Translations under genes and position numbers: made by a program
Notes under the pieces: model-generated
What the model saw: only the letters and a program-made list of their open reading frames with translations
What the model was told of the DNA's origin: nothing
Database searches by the model: none
Shown: piece after piece, positions 1 through 13,532 of the stretch
How the letters are laid out: each line of letters starts with the position of its first letter
Numbering within the stretch: position 1 is the stretch's first letter
Assembly: GCA_973895155.1 (NCBI GenBank)
Contig: OZ316898.1
Span: 11,245,187-11,309,186, forward strand
Source: Marsupella aquatica
Taxonomy: Eukaryota > Plantae > Marchantiophyta
DNA length: 64,000 bases
Reading direction: 5' to 3'

Positions 1-610
1 ACAATACTAAAGAGATCATGAGGTTTTCAATCTCTCTAGCTTTCTAATGTGTGACATTGAAAGTGTTTGTCAAAGAATTAGAGCGATCATGAGTATTCAA
101 ATTTCTCTAGCTTTCCACTCGTTTCACTTCCACAAAAATGACATATCATGTGCGACAAAATATATGGTCATTTTATTGGTTCAAAGGAAGCTTTCAAATT
201 TTCTGATGAGAACGATAGGGTCTTTTAAATCCAATTTGGAGACTTATAAGAGCATTAGGGTTCTTATAACCAAAATTTGGAATATTCCAATTTGGAATAT
301 TCCAACTTTATAGGGGTTGAAAAATAAAAATTTTCCTTACATTTTAGGGTCCGAGGCCTAAAAACGTTGCAGGTGATGGGGAGACATCCATATAGTGAGA
401 CCCCCAAGGCTTTCCAATGAACCTAACATTGATAGATTTTGTCAAGTACCAAGGAGATGATTAGTTTCTAATTTTACTCTAGCTTTCCAATTAGTGTGAA
501 ATTGAGATATTTTTTCAAGACAATATTACAGAGGTCATGCATTTCTAAATCTTGATCTTGAACTTTCCAATGAATCAAACATTGATACATTTCATCAAGT
601 ACTAAGGAGA
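1..610. repeat. Dispersed AT-rich repeat family (probable non-autonomous DNA TE), copy 1
   Basis: The block CACATCAYGTGCGACAAAA...AAATCCAATTT-GAGACTTATAAG...GGAATATTCCAA...GCAGGTGATGGGGAG...TAGTGAGACCCC recurs at ~14690-15290, ~28920-29430, ~31090-31300 and ~47490-47600. It has internal sub-repeats of CTAGCTTTCCAATGAA..AACATTGA. Confidence 0.75.
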
Positions 611-2889
611 TTGATTATTTAGTTTTATTTTACAATGTGGAGCCAAAGGGGTTCTAACTATGTACAAGTATGTCGATTGGTTTTTTCAAACTTGCAAACA
701 ATTAAAGAATACAAGCATTTTGATATAAAACATTGAGATATCATTGATAAACATCAAAATGACATCTCTTCCTTTGTATTCTGGTTTTTTGACGCTTAAT
801 ACTTATGGCATGGCGCCCCAAAAATTACGTTGCTTTTGCCACAAACATGAATGAGCACTTTTGTACCATCAAAAATAGGATTGTTCCTGTTTGTGGCTGG
901 TTGTGCTGATGTGGCGCAACCTCATGGTAGGGAATTTGCAAGGGACCTCTCATGGGGGTCTGTAAATACTTAATGATTACTCAAACAAGGCCTAAACAAA
1001 AATGTAGCCAGGGGGTCCACGGACTAATTGAGTGTGTGCAGGTATGCTTGTGCCTGTAGAATCTGAAGGGGGTCAGGTTTAGGGAATTCTTTATTGAACA
1101 TGAAAAATCATTAATAATTGCATCTTAATTGTAAACTACATGCAATTGTTTTGACATTGCCATATGCTCTTAGCTTATGTAATTCAGAAAGAGGATACGA
1201 GCATTACATGAAACTAAAGCATGAATAGACCTCCACGTTGTCTCTGAAGCCCAGATGGAATGGCAAAGCTTGGATGGACTTGCTCAGAACATATTTACTG
1301 ACTCAGATTACACTGTTTACACTTTTGACTGAAATGTGACATGTAAATGGTGTCCTTACCATTTGCAGCCGGTTACAATTACATTATACATAGAATCGGT
1401 TTACGGGGTACCTTGATGACTTGACTACTTTGAACCTGAACGACATGAAGACGTCATGCCATTACTCAATATCACAATGAAGTCTTGACTACTTTCTCCC
1501 CAAGGTAGTCAAAGTCATCAGCTGCTATTTGCGATCTGCAACCAGCTTCTGTTTTGGTGTAAAATTGATGATTGCTTTATGTAGTCCATGGGGATGGACA
1601 AGGACATATCTGGGCTTTTGTTTTGCATAACAGGGATAGTTTAATTAAATTTGCCTATTTTTAAAATTATTAATTGTAACAAGGGAAATAACAAAGGGTA
1701 ATCAGGGGAGAGGGTCTATAAAGGAATTTTTTCTATTCAAATATCTTAGCTTGATTATATGATTGTGATAATTGATGTATATTCTTCAACTCATTCCCCC
1801 TTGCTAAACTTGTACACCCAATAAATGGCCACAATGATAACATGACCCCAATGGCTGTATGGCAACACCAACATAGCGGCAATGAGGCATTGGATGACGC
1901 AACAACTTGGTTGCCTCTCCTGCAACTAGTTACCTACAGTAGTTTTGACATTTTTGTGCACCTCATGGACTTTGGGGAAGTGAAAAAATAAAAGAGGAGA
2001 ATAACAAAAGCAGTGATTGAATCTCGGTCTAAATATGATACTAATGTGATGCCACAATTAACTTTGTATTGAAGTAAAGTTTCTAGGAAAACAGGTATAG
2101 TCATGCTAACAAAAAGTTCTAAACAGAATCCCATGAGAGGAGAAGTCAAATTCAAAAACTTGAGGACTACAAAACGAACGATAAAGAAACTCGTCGTAAG
2201 CTTGAGGGAAAAGCCGAGCGTGTCAGTCTGTAAGTGGAAGTGTGGGACGAGCAGAACAGTTAAACCTGCGGGGGTAAGAATAAACACGGCGGACGGGGAC
2301 GGGGAGGCGCCTTTGGCATGAAGCGTGGAGGGCACACGGGGGTCACACGGAGAGCATGCGGCATGGGCCCTAGCGGAGAGCCCTCGCGGGCACCTCAAAT
2401 TTGGCGGAGTGAGGGAACACCGAAAAAACTGGCGGAGGGAAGGCGCTACCCAGGGAGACAGCGGCAGGGAGCGAAGTAGCGAAGTAGCGAAGGGAAGAGG
2501 CGGCCCGGGAGAGCGAGCCAATGCGACGGGACGGGGGCTGAGCCGAGTGCGCAGGAGTACCGTATCTTTGTCGCCGCCACTCCGGCGCAAGACCCTAGGT
2601 GGGAAGGACGGGGTACTCCCCACTAGACGGGTCCACGTAGCTCCCGCCACCATGTGCGTGATTGCGCGCTGATGTCGGAGCCCGGTCTACACGCTCTCCA
2701 ACTTACCACTGTCTCCCTTTACCACTGTCTTAACCACCGGTCTAGAGTCTCAACCCCCTGGTCTGAACCCGGGCGTCTTAACTGACGACTTGCCTTTCGA
2801 ATCCCGAGACCGGATACCGCGGTTATCAACACCACCACCCCCTACTCCTACACACTGCTACTACAACTAGTTACCCTTCGGGGCCGGGG

Positions 2890-3371
2890 GCGGTCCCACG
2901 ATGTTCCTCATCTTCCTTCGAGATAGGGGCCCGCCTGATAGAGGGGCGGTCCCACCTGGAGCTAGTTACTAGCAGTCCGTCTCGTCTTTTTCTTTCTGCT
3001 GGGGCTCCGCTGCTGGGGCTGCCCCACCACCCCGAGCACCACCAGGAGGGTCATTGAGAACGAGAGAGCGAGAATGGTTTCCCTATTAGCTGCGATCCCA
3101 AGCTTGCTTACTTCCTTTCTTCGTCGTCGTGCCTTGCGAGATCATCCGTCCCGTGACCGTCTGCGTTGTGGTGGGCTGATGGTGGCTCGGAGCTTCTCCT
3201 TCACTCCATCCATCGAGCAATTCCGCCTCCTCACCGCAGCAATCAGGCCTGGGTCGGTGTGAAAAGGAGAACTGGGAGTTGTGTGGGAGTATTAGTAGTA
3301 GCGGTCGCAGTAGGAGGAGTAGTACTACTGTTGCTGCAAGTGCTTGCAGGAGAAAGCTAATGTGCGGTCCC
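2890..3371 (+). promoter_or_regulatory. Cluster of TCP-binding-site matches upstream of the TCP gene
   Basis: GCGGTCCCAC at 2890-2899 and 2946-2955 matches both GGNCCCAC and G(T/C)GGNCCC. GGGCCCGC at 2927-2934 is a reverse-strand match, and GCGGTCCC occurs at 3364-3371. Confidence 0.45.
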
Positions 3372-4220
3372 TGTGACTGGTTTGGTTGCATCATATGTGA
3401 AAGGAATGCTTGCATGTGTGGTGGATTGCTCTCAGATCTGTCGAGCAAGGTTTGTACACCGGTTGTCGGCCCAATCCCGTGTTCAGTCTATTATGACCTG
3501 TCGTCTCTCAGGGGGCATGGTTTGCACTTGAGCAATGGCTTGTTGTCTGAACTTGACTATAGGAGGAGGCCATGTACAAGGGGAAGAGATGACTTGATCC
3601 AAATGACAATTTCTAAGTGAGGGAGTGGAGAGCAATTTCAGACTGTGGTACGCACTTCCTGTGTGAGCGAGCAGCACGATTTGTTTTGCTTTTGGTAAAC
3701 TATTGTGCGAGCTAGGTTGCACAACATGAGTGGACAGCCCTGAAATCGTGAGCAGGAATTTAGCGCTGAGCTCAATAGACCTCCGGACACGGAATCTATG
3801 TGGGATTTCTAGGTCTATGGACGTCCATTGAACATCAGCATCAGTCGACCAGTTGAGATGTTACCGTGGAGCTCCGATATTTTTGAGCTCGTCCTTGGTA
3901 CCGAATATATATTCTGTAACGTAGTCGTCACTTCCCGCAATGCGTAAATGTGCTCCATCGTATTGGAGAGATTCTGCGAACGAGGAGGACTGCACACTTC
4001 GTATCTCACTAGATGCAGTGTCTACTTTCTATTCTGACGTACATGTGAAGAAATGTCCCAGCAGATTTGGTTCTAGCACATGCACCACTAACCATGTAGC
4101 AGTCACCGTCTAGGATTGATTTGCCTGAAGCATTGAGCCTCATGAGTGATGTTGGAAATTTGCCTTAGGGATAAATGGGGCATACTGGAGATATGAAGTA
4201 GAGAGGAGTCTGTCAGAATC

Positions 4221-7200
4221 ATGGGTTATTGGGCAAGAGAGCGTAACTGTAGCGTTCAAGACCAGTGCCTAGCATCACTATCCTTGTTCTGGGAACGATA
4301 TAATCGCTCAGAAGAATCAGATCTAAAATTTGAAGCCTTTATGCATTCTTCCCTTACTTGCCCTAATGTTAGTATGTCTGCTTCCTTTTCATCATCAACG
4401 TCAGATGCAAATCATATAGATTCAGCTCTATATCTAGATATTGGTGGAGAAGAAAGGAAACTGAATTGCGGACTGCTCGGCAGGTCAAGTAGCAGGAGGA
4501 CAGGATGCGAGGGTAGACCATGGCCGGCAGAGAGAGACTGTGATCAAGACCTCATCCGAGCATTCTCGAGTTGCGTAGGGTACTCGGAAGGGTCGTGCAC
4601 TACCAGATCTGATAGTCAGCGATGCTTTGATGGAGCTTGCGAGCAGTCAGATTGCGTTAATGCAGGGAAGGAGGGGGTTAAAAAATCCGAGGACGAGGGT
4701 GTGGAAGATGACACAGCAAGTGAGGAACATCCTCAGGAAGAGCAAGTGGGTGAAGAAGACCATGATCGGGTAACAGACACGGACCATGATAAACGACTAG
4801 GCGAAGAGACGGAAGTTGAAGAGTCGAAGCCTGGTCGACAGCTCCGGTCAGATACTGGGAGCACCTTCAGGGACATCAGCAAATCAGATTTTACGACTCG
4901 GATGCCCACAAAGTCAACCGAGCGTCTACCGATCACCTCGAGGGGAACACAGTTGGAATCTGTCGAGCAGACGCTCCGTAGACTCAATGAAACTCCGCTT
5001 GACGCGGTGAGCTCGGAACTAGGGCCTTCCGTAAGTGTGAGATTTAGAGACGGTGCAGAGGCTGTTGACCCCATATCTTTAGGTTTAGGGAGGGGAAAAG
5101 AGCCACCACTGGCTGAGAGAAGAAGCAGATCCCACGAGTTCCTCGGGGAAACGCTGGATGTCGTTGGGTCAAGGAGGGATGACGGAAGCGGAGGGCAGAT
5201 TGGTCTTTCCAGCAGTTGGGGGGATGATTTGCGGGGAAGCCAAGAGCAGTTGAGTTATCCGGGCGAGGATACGGTGGAATGCATTACAAATGTAGGTGAT
5301 CAAGAAGACTTTGCGACCTTCGATGTGGAGGAGTTTCAAACTTCCCATCATGTCCAACCGAAGCATGACGAGCCCATACAAGAAACGGAAAGACTGTCTG
5401 AATTTCACACGAGAGGCGAGAATTCTCAAGATAGACAAAGTAGTCCGAGTCCGACATTTGAAAGTCCGCAAACACAAAATGAGACGACTCTGAGAACAAG
5501 AGCTGGCATCCGGCCGCGATCAAGTGCGAAGGAGTCTGAAGATATTAGCCACTTACCGATTGATGGAGGGCGTAAAATTCCAGAAAGACTCGAGGCGGGG
5601 AGGGCGAGAAAGGGTCAAGAGAAGGACTTGCGAGGCGAAGGGCATCTGCGACAAAGTGAGGCATCAATCGCAACAGATGAAAGGAGAGTCCGGGCAAGGC
5701 TGGACGGTCCTGCCGGTAGTGGAAGGGGTGAAGAGACCGAGGAGGCTAGCACTAAGGTAGTTCGTCCTTCACGTCCTTCTGGAGGGAAAGATCGACACAG
5801 CAAAGTGAACACAGCGAAAGGTCCTAGGGATAGGAGGGTCAGGCTCTCCGTTCCCACAGCAGTGCAGTTTTACGATGTGCAAGATCGGCTTGGATACGAT
5901 CAGCCCAGCAAAGCAGTCGAATGGCTCATAAAAAAAGCGAAAGCCGCAATTGACGAACTTGGCCGGCTTCCTCCTAGAGGAGGCAACGATGGACCTTCAA
6001 CGATGTCAGATATAACTCATGCTTCACCATATTCCACTTCACTAGGAGGTCCTGTAAGTGGCTCTTCCTCCTGTCTACCTGACCGGTCCTTTTCGGCTTC
6101 TCTTAATAGCCCATTTGGTGATCATATGGGGAATCAGATGAGTTACTTTATCGATTCGTCCAATCAGCAAGGAGTGCCTTTCGGTAATCACCCCGTTCAC
6201 AGCAGGGATATGGTCGAGGGCATGGGTTTAAGCCAAGCAAACCTTGTGACAGGTCAAGGACAACTCGCAAGTTTTCCGTTGGGACAGACAGATCTATCAA
6301 GGGGAAGCCCTGGTTGCGTGGAGGGAGGCAAGCTAGGTGAATTTCCTGGAAGAGTAGAGTCCAGATATAAGGCCAGAGAAAGAGCAAGGGAGAGAGTGAA
6401 GGACAAGGGCACGGGGCGAGATTGTGGTAAAGTCACCGGTGGCGTTTCCTCACCTCCCTTGCACCAGAACCCGATTCAGAGCTCCTTCGGTATCCAGAAT
6501 GCGATGCAGACTTCTGTCCACGGACTAGCTCTACAGAACCCACATCCCAATCCATTACAATCTTCACTCTCCAGCGTCTTCGACACCACCCTGTCTGGAA
6601 TCATGCAGAGTTCCCAGCAAGGAACTCTTCAGAATCTGATCATGCAAAATCCTTCTTTGCAGTCACCGTTGACAGATCAAGTACCAAGCTCTCTACAGCA
6701 CCCCTTTCAACCCTCGCTTCCGACCACATTGCAACTCACTTCTCAATCGATGACTTCTCTACTGAACGCTGGGATGCAGCAACAAGGTCCACATCTTCAA
6801 CGATCGTCCTTGGAAGGGAGCACTCAAAGGGCTTTGCATCCGGGATCAGGGTTTACGCCTGGCCCGTGTTCCTCATCTTTCTCAGAGGCCACATCCCTAT
6901 CGTCATCTGACTTTATGTCCGTTTCTTCGATTCCCATTTCTCATTCATTATCTATGTCTGAACTTTCTTCCTATGGGATAAGCTCGCCCAGTTCGATGGA
7001 AACTCAGTTCCCCACCGGAAGCAGTGCAGTGCAGATCCCACCAGGGTTTTCGCCAGGACCGCCCGCTTCCTCATTTCGATCCCGCCCAACCGCTATTAGC
7101 CAGAGCGCTTCGAAGGAGTCCCAGCCACATCTTCAGGGTTTAACGAGGCCGCAATGTCAACTTATACTTCCACCTTACAGCACCGGGCATGGCATAGCAA

Positions 7201-7496
7201 GCCCTGGTGGTTCGACGTCATCGAAAGCTTCAACGTCACTCTACTACCCCCCAACATCTTCACGAATGGGGGGCCTTCAATCCCTTTCACCGGTTCCGCT
7301 CGAATCAGGTTCATTCTCGTCCATCAGAGGCTACGATTATCAAAGAGTGCAGATGATGTCGCCGGGTCGGGCTTCTGGGTCTTACCAAAGTTCCAGCTCT
7401 CAATTGCAAATGCCGGCGAGACTCCATGGCCTCGATGATTTCGACGTCGACGAGTTGAAGGGTTCACCGCCATCTTCCCCCCATGTACATCCTTGA
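4221..7496 (+). CDS. Class II (CIN-like) TCP transcription factor with R domain; single long ORF (true start uncertain)
   Basis: The 1091-aa ORF contains a TCP bHLH domain, [58 protein letters not shown] (~5787-5960), with class II/CIN residues. It also has an R domain, [17 protein letters not shown] (6357-6407), and a Q/S/P-rich C-terminus. 4330-4437 is pyrimidine-rich and ends in TAG, so it may be intronic and the real start may lie downstream. Confidence 0.93.
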   Translation: MGYWARERNCSVQDQCLASLSLFWERYNRSEESDLKFEAFMHSSLTCPNVSMSASFSSSTSDANHIDSALYLDIGGEERKLNCGLLGRSSSRRTGCEGRPWPAERDCDQDLIRAFSSCVGYSEGSCTTRSDSQRCFDGACEQSDCVNAGKEGVKKSEDEGVEDDTASEEHPQEEQVGEEDHDRVTDTDHDKRLGEETEVEESKPGRQLRSDTGSTFRDISKSDFTTRMPTKSTERLPITSRGTQLESVEQTLRRLNETPLDAVSSELGPSVSVRFRDGAEAVDPISLGLGRGKEPPLAERRSRSHEFLGETLDVVGSRRDDGSGGQIGLSSSWGDDLRGSQEQLSYPGEDTVECITNVGDQEDFATFDVEEFQTSHHVQPKHDEPIQETERLSEFHTRGENSQDRQSSPSPTFESPQTQNETTLRTRAGIRPRSSAKESEDISHLPIDGGRKIPERLEAGRARKGQEKDLRGEGHLRQSEASIATDERRVRARLDGPAGSGRGEETEEASTKVVRPSRPSGGKDRHSKVNTAKGPRDRRVRLSVPTAVQFYDVQDRLGYDQPSKAVEWLIKKAKAAIDELGRLPPRGGNDGPSTMSDITHASPYSTSLGGPVSGSSSCLPDRSFSASLNSPFGDHMGNQMSYFIDSSNQQGVPFGNHPVHSRDMVEGMGLSQANLVTGQGQLASFPLGQTDLSRGSPGCVEGGKLGEFPGRVESRYKARERARERVKDKGTGRDCGKVTGGVSSPPLHQNPIQSSFGIQNAMQTSVHGLALQNPHPNPLQSSLSSVFDTTLSGIMQSSQQGTLQNLIMQNPSLQSPLTDQVPSSLQHPFQPSLPTTLQLTSQSMTSLLNAGMQQQGPHLQRSSLEGSTQRALHPGSGFTPGPCSSSFSEATSLSSSDFMSVSSIPISHSLSMSELSSYGISSPSSMETQFPTGSSAVQIPPGFSPGPPASSFRSRPTAISQSASKESQPHLQGLTRPQCQLILPPYSTGHGIASPGGSTSSKASTSLYYPPTSSRMGGLQSLSPVPLESGSFSSIRGYDYQRVQMMSPGRASGSYQSSSSQLQMPARLHGLDDFDVDELKGSPPSSPHVHP

Positions 7497-10400
7497 TTCA
7501 TGAACAAAGTATTGTCATTTTTAGAATGTGATTCACGTCTAGTGAGTAACTGTAAATCCACAGCTGAAAGTTCTCGCCGAGAGTCCTGGCACTCTCAATT
7601 TAGATGAGCTGAAGTTATGGCGTTAACTTCAAATGCTTTCAGGTCGTCAGGATGTCGACCCGTGAGCGGTATATTGGTCAAGAGAATTTCGTAATCAGTT
7701 AGATCGACGACGATGTGTCGTTGCTTGCTTCACTTAAGGAAACCTCAGCGATTCTGTTAGCCGAAGAGGTTGATTTAGCTAGGAAAAGGGAGAAATGTAC
7801 TGCTAGTTCCAAGGTAAAATTCAGCAGCTGATCAATGTCAATAAGCGAGTTTTCGATTGGTCCGGGAATTTCAACGACAACGACAGATCGAGGGGCCTGA
7901 GAGATATCGACTCAGTCTAATTTGGCGTTCAGAGCTCTATATATCAGGAGCCTCAGGCAGCCTGCACCGTTTCGGTGAGATTCGAAGGATGGGACGTGGA
8001 CGTAACTCTCATCAACGAAGTCAGGAGTTTCTGCATGCTGCTTTGTAATTGTAGGAAATTTTCTTTCCAAATTTCTTAGGTGGTGGTCCTTTCTGGCCAG
8101 TGAAATATGTTGTATTCAAACTTTGGCCAATCATTTCAACCTGATGGTGAAACTATTGTATAGGGGGCTTATAGAAACTTATCTCCTTTGAACATTCGAG
8201 CATTTCAAATTCACTAAGTTGCTAGGGAAGATCCCTCTTCTCTGCGTTATATCTACATGTCGCCTCACAACTATTATATAGAGTAAGAGTTTCACGGCGG
8301 CATGCATTCCGATTGGTAGGATCGGTTTCGAGCGACTCAGCAAACTAGAGTCCCCCAAGCCTGCGAAACGAAGAAACGGATGCATAATAAAGATCTTGAA
8401 GACGATTGCTTTTTGAGATTCAATTCAACCTCGCTGCTGCTCTTGTAGTCTTCGGTAGGAGTTGTTTGGATCATCCACTGAGCACGACTGGGACAATTTT
8501 GTGTTGGTCGTCCCTGCTGACATGAATGCGCGTTGGAGCTTTGATGTTGACTCTGAGGGCTGTTATCCCCTATAATTCCAATATTTGAAGCGTGCATATG
8601 GTACATACAGCATTTTAAGAGTCGAGAGTGTACAAGTTACAGCATTGTGAGCGACTCCATGAGGAGTCACAATCATTTTCGGAAATCTCTCTAAATTTGA
8701 CTAGGGAATGACGGCATCGACACTCTCGAGAGTCTTCAACGGCGACGATCCCTCATGTTGCAGGCCAAGGCAATTTTTCGTTCCCATATGGTTCGCAAGC
8801 GACGGCGCGGAGAGATCTCCTCGGTTGGACTCTCCTCAGCTTCAATTGAATTGAAATTCTTCGCGTAATGCAGTTGTACTACAGTAGAAGGATAAAATTC
8901 TGAACAACCTTCCCGCATTAAGTGTCTCGCATGAGCGGGCAAGCCTTAGGCTTCGATCCACAAACTCAATATGCGCTGATTACATTACGTAAGTTGGCCA
9001 TTGGCTCCCGGATAGCCGTCGTACCCTCTAGCTACCACTGAAAATACTCGTCCGTGAGCTCTCGTCAGAGTCTGCCGTGGAGTTCTACGCGCTTTTCTAT
9101 CGCCTGCATATATACTTCGAAATATTCTGTCGAACAGTTAACCTCTATTGCACATTGTGCGCTCATAAGAATTGAGGTAGAAGGGATCCCGGTACGAGTA
9201 TGTGCTCGTGCAGACGTCACCGGCTGCTTCATATAATCATGTACCGACGATGAATGTATGAACTCGTGTTCCTGATAAAGTCTTGCCTTTGAAAAACTTT
9301 GTCGATGTCGAAACAAACCATTGAAGTCACAGCGATTGGCCGACCAAACTAAGGACACCTGGGAAAGGGGCAAGAAACGGCAACGGTCTTCGCTGAGGAT
9401 TGAACATTCTAAAGTTCTGGCATGAGTTGACCACTGTGTGACTGGATCCATCCGTGTGGCTCTGTAAAGCTGTATTAGTCAGTTTTGTCCACAGGCTTGT
9501 GTCCATTCTACGGATTGTAGGTAGTCCATTAATGCGGATGTAGTGTGCGTGCACGAATGTACATCTAAGACTCTCGAAATCATGAGCTGTTGATTGCATC
9601 ACTCTGAGACTGTCTGAAACCCCAGAGACTCAGGAGACGGATGTCTAGTATTCCCCCAGATGTGGCAGAACAAAGTCTGAACTCAAACTGTAGAGCTGAT
9701 ACGGGAGTGCCTTCAAGATTAGATATTGTTCAAAGAGATTGTGCAAACACGAAGAACGAGCGATGGGATGGTTGGCCTCAACATGACTTAGCTTTGAGCC
9801 TGATCCAGTGGGGCTGGCGTGGCGAGGTGAATTTCTCCTTGCTTTCAGCGTAGATCTGATACTCTTCCTACATCAGGGGTCATCTCGGTCAGTAGGACTC
9901 AATCGAGGTAAGAGACCCGCGTGCATCGCAACGCGTACAAACTTGTAGGGTCTTGGACGAGACAAATAATGCGACTATCGTAAACGATGCAGGGAGAAAG
10001 TCTGAATTTAGCGAAAGATGATGAACTTCAGAAGGTGACAATGAGAAAATCAACCGTACCGTGTCCATAAATACTGCTACCGTAGGCACGTCTCGGCCGG
10101 AAATTTGTCCATGAAAACACCCTATTGTGTCGCCATGTCTCGGTTTGCCTTCAAGTTTAGATCAGTTCCTCTCAATCAAGAGAGATCTTCCCGTAGCAGG
10201 TTGTCAACGAAATGTTTGCTACGGTTGTTTGTCCCAAGAACTCCGTCTGGAAAATGGCCAGTTGTTCCATATATCGATGTGCAATCATGTAAAGCAGCTA
10301 GTGCCTACGCCGACCTAACATTCTTTGTCCCAATTCTGAATTAGATTTGTGGTACACTGTAATCACCTGGATTAATTTTATCTATGGCTGGCTTCTTTTC

Positions 10401-13400
10401 ACAAGCTTCCTGTAGAATGGAGGGTAAACGCCAACGTGGTCAATTTGTGGACGGTTATCCATTGTTGACAACAACTTTTAGGGAACCAGAACCTTTTGCA
10501 GACGAGCGCTTCGATCTGAAGAAAGGAATTTACGAATTACCTCACAGTATACCTTAACAGAAAGTCTACTCTGATAAGGCAATGCTGTCAAAGGCATTCG
10601 TGCAAGTGATCCGGACTGAAACAGGCCTAGTAAGTTACTGATTACGTGCATCTAGCGAATGGGAGCCTCGAGTTCTCAGCCTTGACGTACACTAACGGCA
10701 ATTGTGACCTTACGGTTTGAAAGTGAAGCTTTACTGACTTCTGGTCCAGAAAGGATCCAATCTCTACAACTGGCAAAACCAAACACACATTAAAGCTTCA
10801 GCTCCGTACCTTGTTTAGTGCAGCAAGTTACTGTCCAGTCTTTCCGTAAGCAATGCACAAGTTGTGATCGATATTGCGACGGGCCTCGTCTACCTATATA
10901 GGTTGTGTAAGACATAGTGACATGTAACTTTGGAGGGTTCGTTATGAGCACGGAAACAGAATGAAAGCACAGTCGGCACCTGTCACCCTTTGAAGCATTT
11001 CGCCGAAACAAGGAAAACTTCTTTGTGACAGCATTCACCGTTTTGCTGAAGGATTCATTGGAGTCATACGGGGCATTATGACGAGATATTTCAACCTCCG
11101 TCTCGTTGGTCTACTCCTGCATATTTACCTCTGATGACGCATTGCATTGCAGAAGAGACAACCTACCAGACAGCATCATTATAGGCAGACAATCGCGAGC
11201 TGGTGCAGCAGTCATTGCTCGCACCTTGACTTAGGCAATAAATATTGCGGCCAAATGTACAGACTTGGAGAGGTACGACGTCAATCAATTGCCTCGCTCC
11301 CAAATCCCGGTCGATCTTCCAGGCCAATTCCTAATGAAGACTGAGCGATCAAAGAAGTGCCAATTGCAGAAGATGCGTTGAGGTTCATTATGTTCGCTAA
11401 GACTCCTTCAACGGAAAACCCCGTTGTAGCTAGCAACAACATGACTTCATCCCGACAGCCAGGAACTTTCTCAGCATTCACTGCTTTTAATTATTTGCTC
11501 CAACAACTAACCGCCGTATTCGAATGAAGCATACGGAAGTTAAAGCCCACTATTTACTGTAGAAGTTCCTTGAATGAGTTCGATCGGTCAAATGTCAAAC
11601 AACTCTCCACGGATCCACCTCTACACCTCTCAGTCTTTGTAATCTCTGGATTGACAGACAGACATTCTTTCACATGTTCTCTCGTCATCTTCGAACCTAT
11701 TGCTGCGCAGGTGAAAGGCCTCGAACGCCCCGACCCCGACCCCGACCCCACTAGCTTCTTCATCAACACTCGGCCTTGCTTCCAACACATCAGCAGCATG
11801 TGGGCTTGTGCTCTTTCGCCCGGTGCAGGGCCCTAGTCGCAGCGCATCTCACTGGGTGAGCTTTTCTAAAAATCCGCCATGACACCCAGAACCGAGCACA
11901 TGATCCACATTAAGGCTCCGGCTCACTGGTTCCACCACAATTCCACATTATTGCCTCTTCACCCAATTCGACATTATTGCCTCTTCGATTCCAGGACACC
12001 CTTGCTTGGTGGATAGAGGCGACCTTGGCTACCGACTTACATGACCGAGCGAACAGCGATTTTCGGGGGGGGGGGGGGGTCTGAGACATCGTTGCTCGGT
12101 CTCAAACATTGTTGCTCGCGAAGGAAAAGCATCGTAGTCACAAACGGTCGATGCTCGAGTTTGGAACATGCAGTTGTCTCTTTACCAATTTAATCTGTAA
12201 TCTTGAACAAAATGCTTTAATTGCAACCGAAGGAAACTGTGACTGATGAAAAAACCATTTAATTGATTCGATAGAAAGACAGCTTTGGACTTGTTAGCAG
12301 TATATTAAAGCTTTGTAACATGAAATTCAAAGATCTGGAGCCTTGTTAGTAAGATTTCATATCTTTGAAGGTCTGTTAGACAAAGGATATGAAATCTTAC
12401 TAACAGACGAACACCACCCAAGCTTTATTAAGTAACATCCCAAAGAAGACAGTGCGCGTAGCATGTTACTAGGGGTTTCAAAAGTTTGGAACCCATCATT
12501 TTATATAGTTAGCGTCCTTTCCTCATGCCATTGATATCTGCACAGCCCCGATGTGGCGTTACTGGTTGATGCTTGACACAGCCAGGCTGCCTAATTGATG
12601 TCCAACCTGTTAAATTTGCATCCTAAAACATGTTATACCCATTGCCACACATTCATCAACCAAGCCACTAGGTCTGGTGAAGAGTTGGTGTGTGTGTCGG
12701 GTGGGTCCCATACAAATCTGCTCCGAATGAAAATCAAGCATAAAAAATGTTTTATGATCCATATCATAGAGTTTGTATCAAAGGCCAAACATTGATTGAC
12801 CATGAAGGGCACCGAATTCGACAGTCCCGTGGAAGGTCAACACGATTGTCAAGTAAATTAATGCTAGGTTTATGAGAGAGCATCCTCCCCTCACAATCAT
12901 TCTTAGAGCATGATACTCGCTTCTGATCACCCCTTGGTGTAAAACAAGAGGGAGAATCTTCTGGTCATCATGGTCTCCAGTATTAGTAAAACCATTTACT
13001 ACACTCTTAATAAAACCATTTATTACACTCTTTGTAGTATTTAGTGTCACCAAAACAATTAGTGTGACACACACTAATTAGGGGTAGCTCTAGATTTTTG
13101 GTCAAGTGACACTATTTACCTCCACCCTAAATTTTGGAAAATATATTAATATATTGAAAATATTGATAATTAGAGGTGACAATGTTATTACTCCAAAGTT
13201 ATCCAAATTACCAATGACATCTCTTTGTGTGTATGTTTTTAGAAAGTTCCTTTGTGTTTTACCTTGTCAGTCTTTGTGAAAGTAGGTTGATAGATTTATA
13301 ACATGTTGGGAATTAATGGATTGGTAGTCATAGTTGGATTTGCCAGCACAAGGGAAAGAGAATCAAGACTATGTCAAAATGTCACTGGTAATTAATCTGC

Positions 13401-13532
13401 ATCTTGTTTGGCTTATCCTCACTGCATTTCAAAAAATGATAAATGAAGACCCAAAAAATGTGGGGACTGGGGCATGGGGCACATCTGGGAAATTGATAAA
13501 TCCAAGCAAACACGAGGACAAACTTTGATTTT

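Noticed and set aside
1934-3722. Several 60-240-aa ORFs on both strands
   Set aside because: Low-complexity translations of the GC-rich TCP promoter/leader, with no domain signal.
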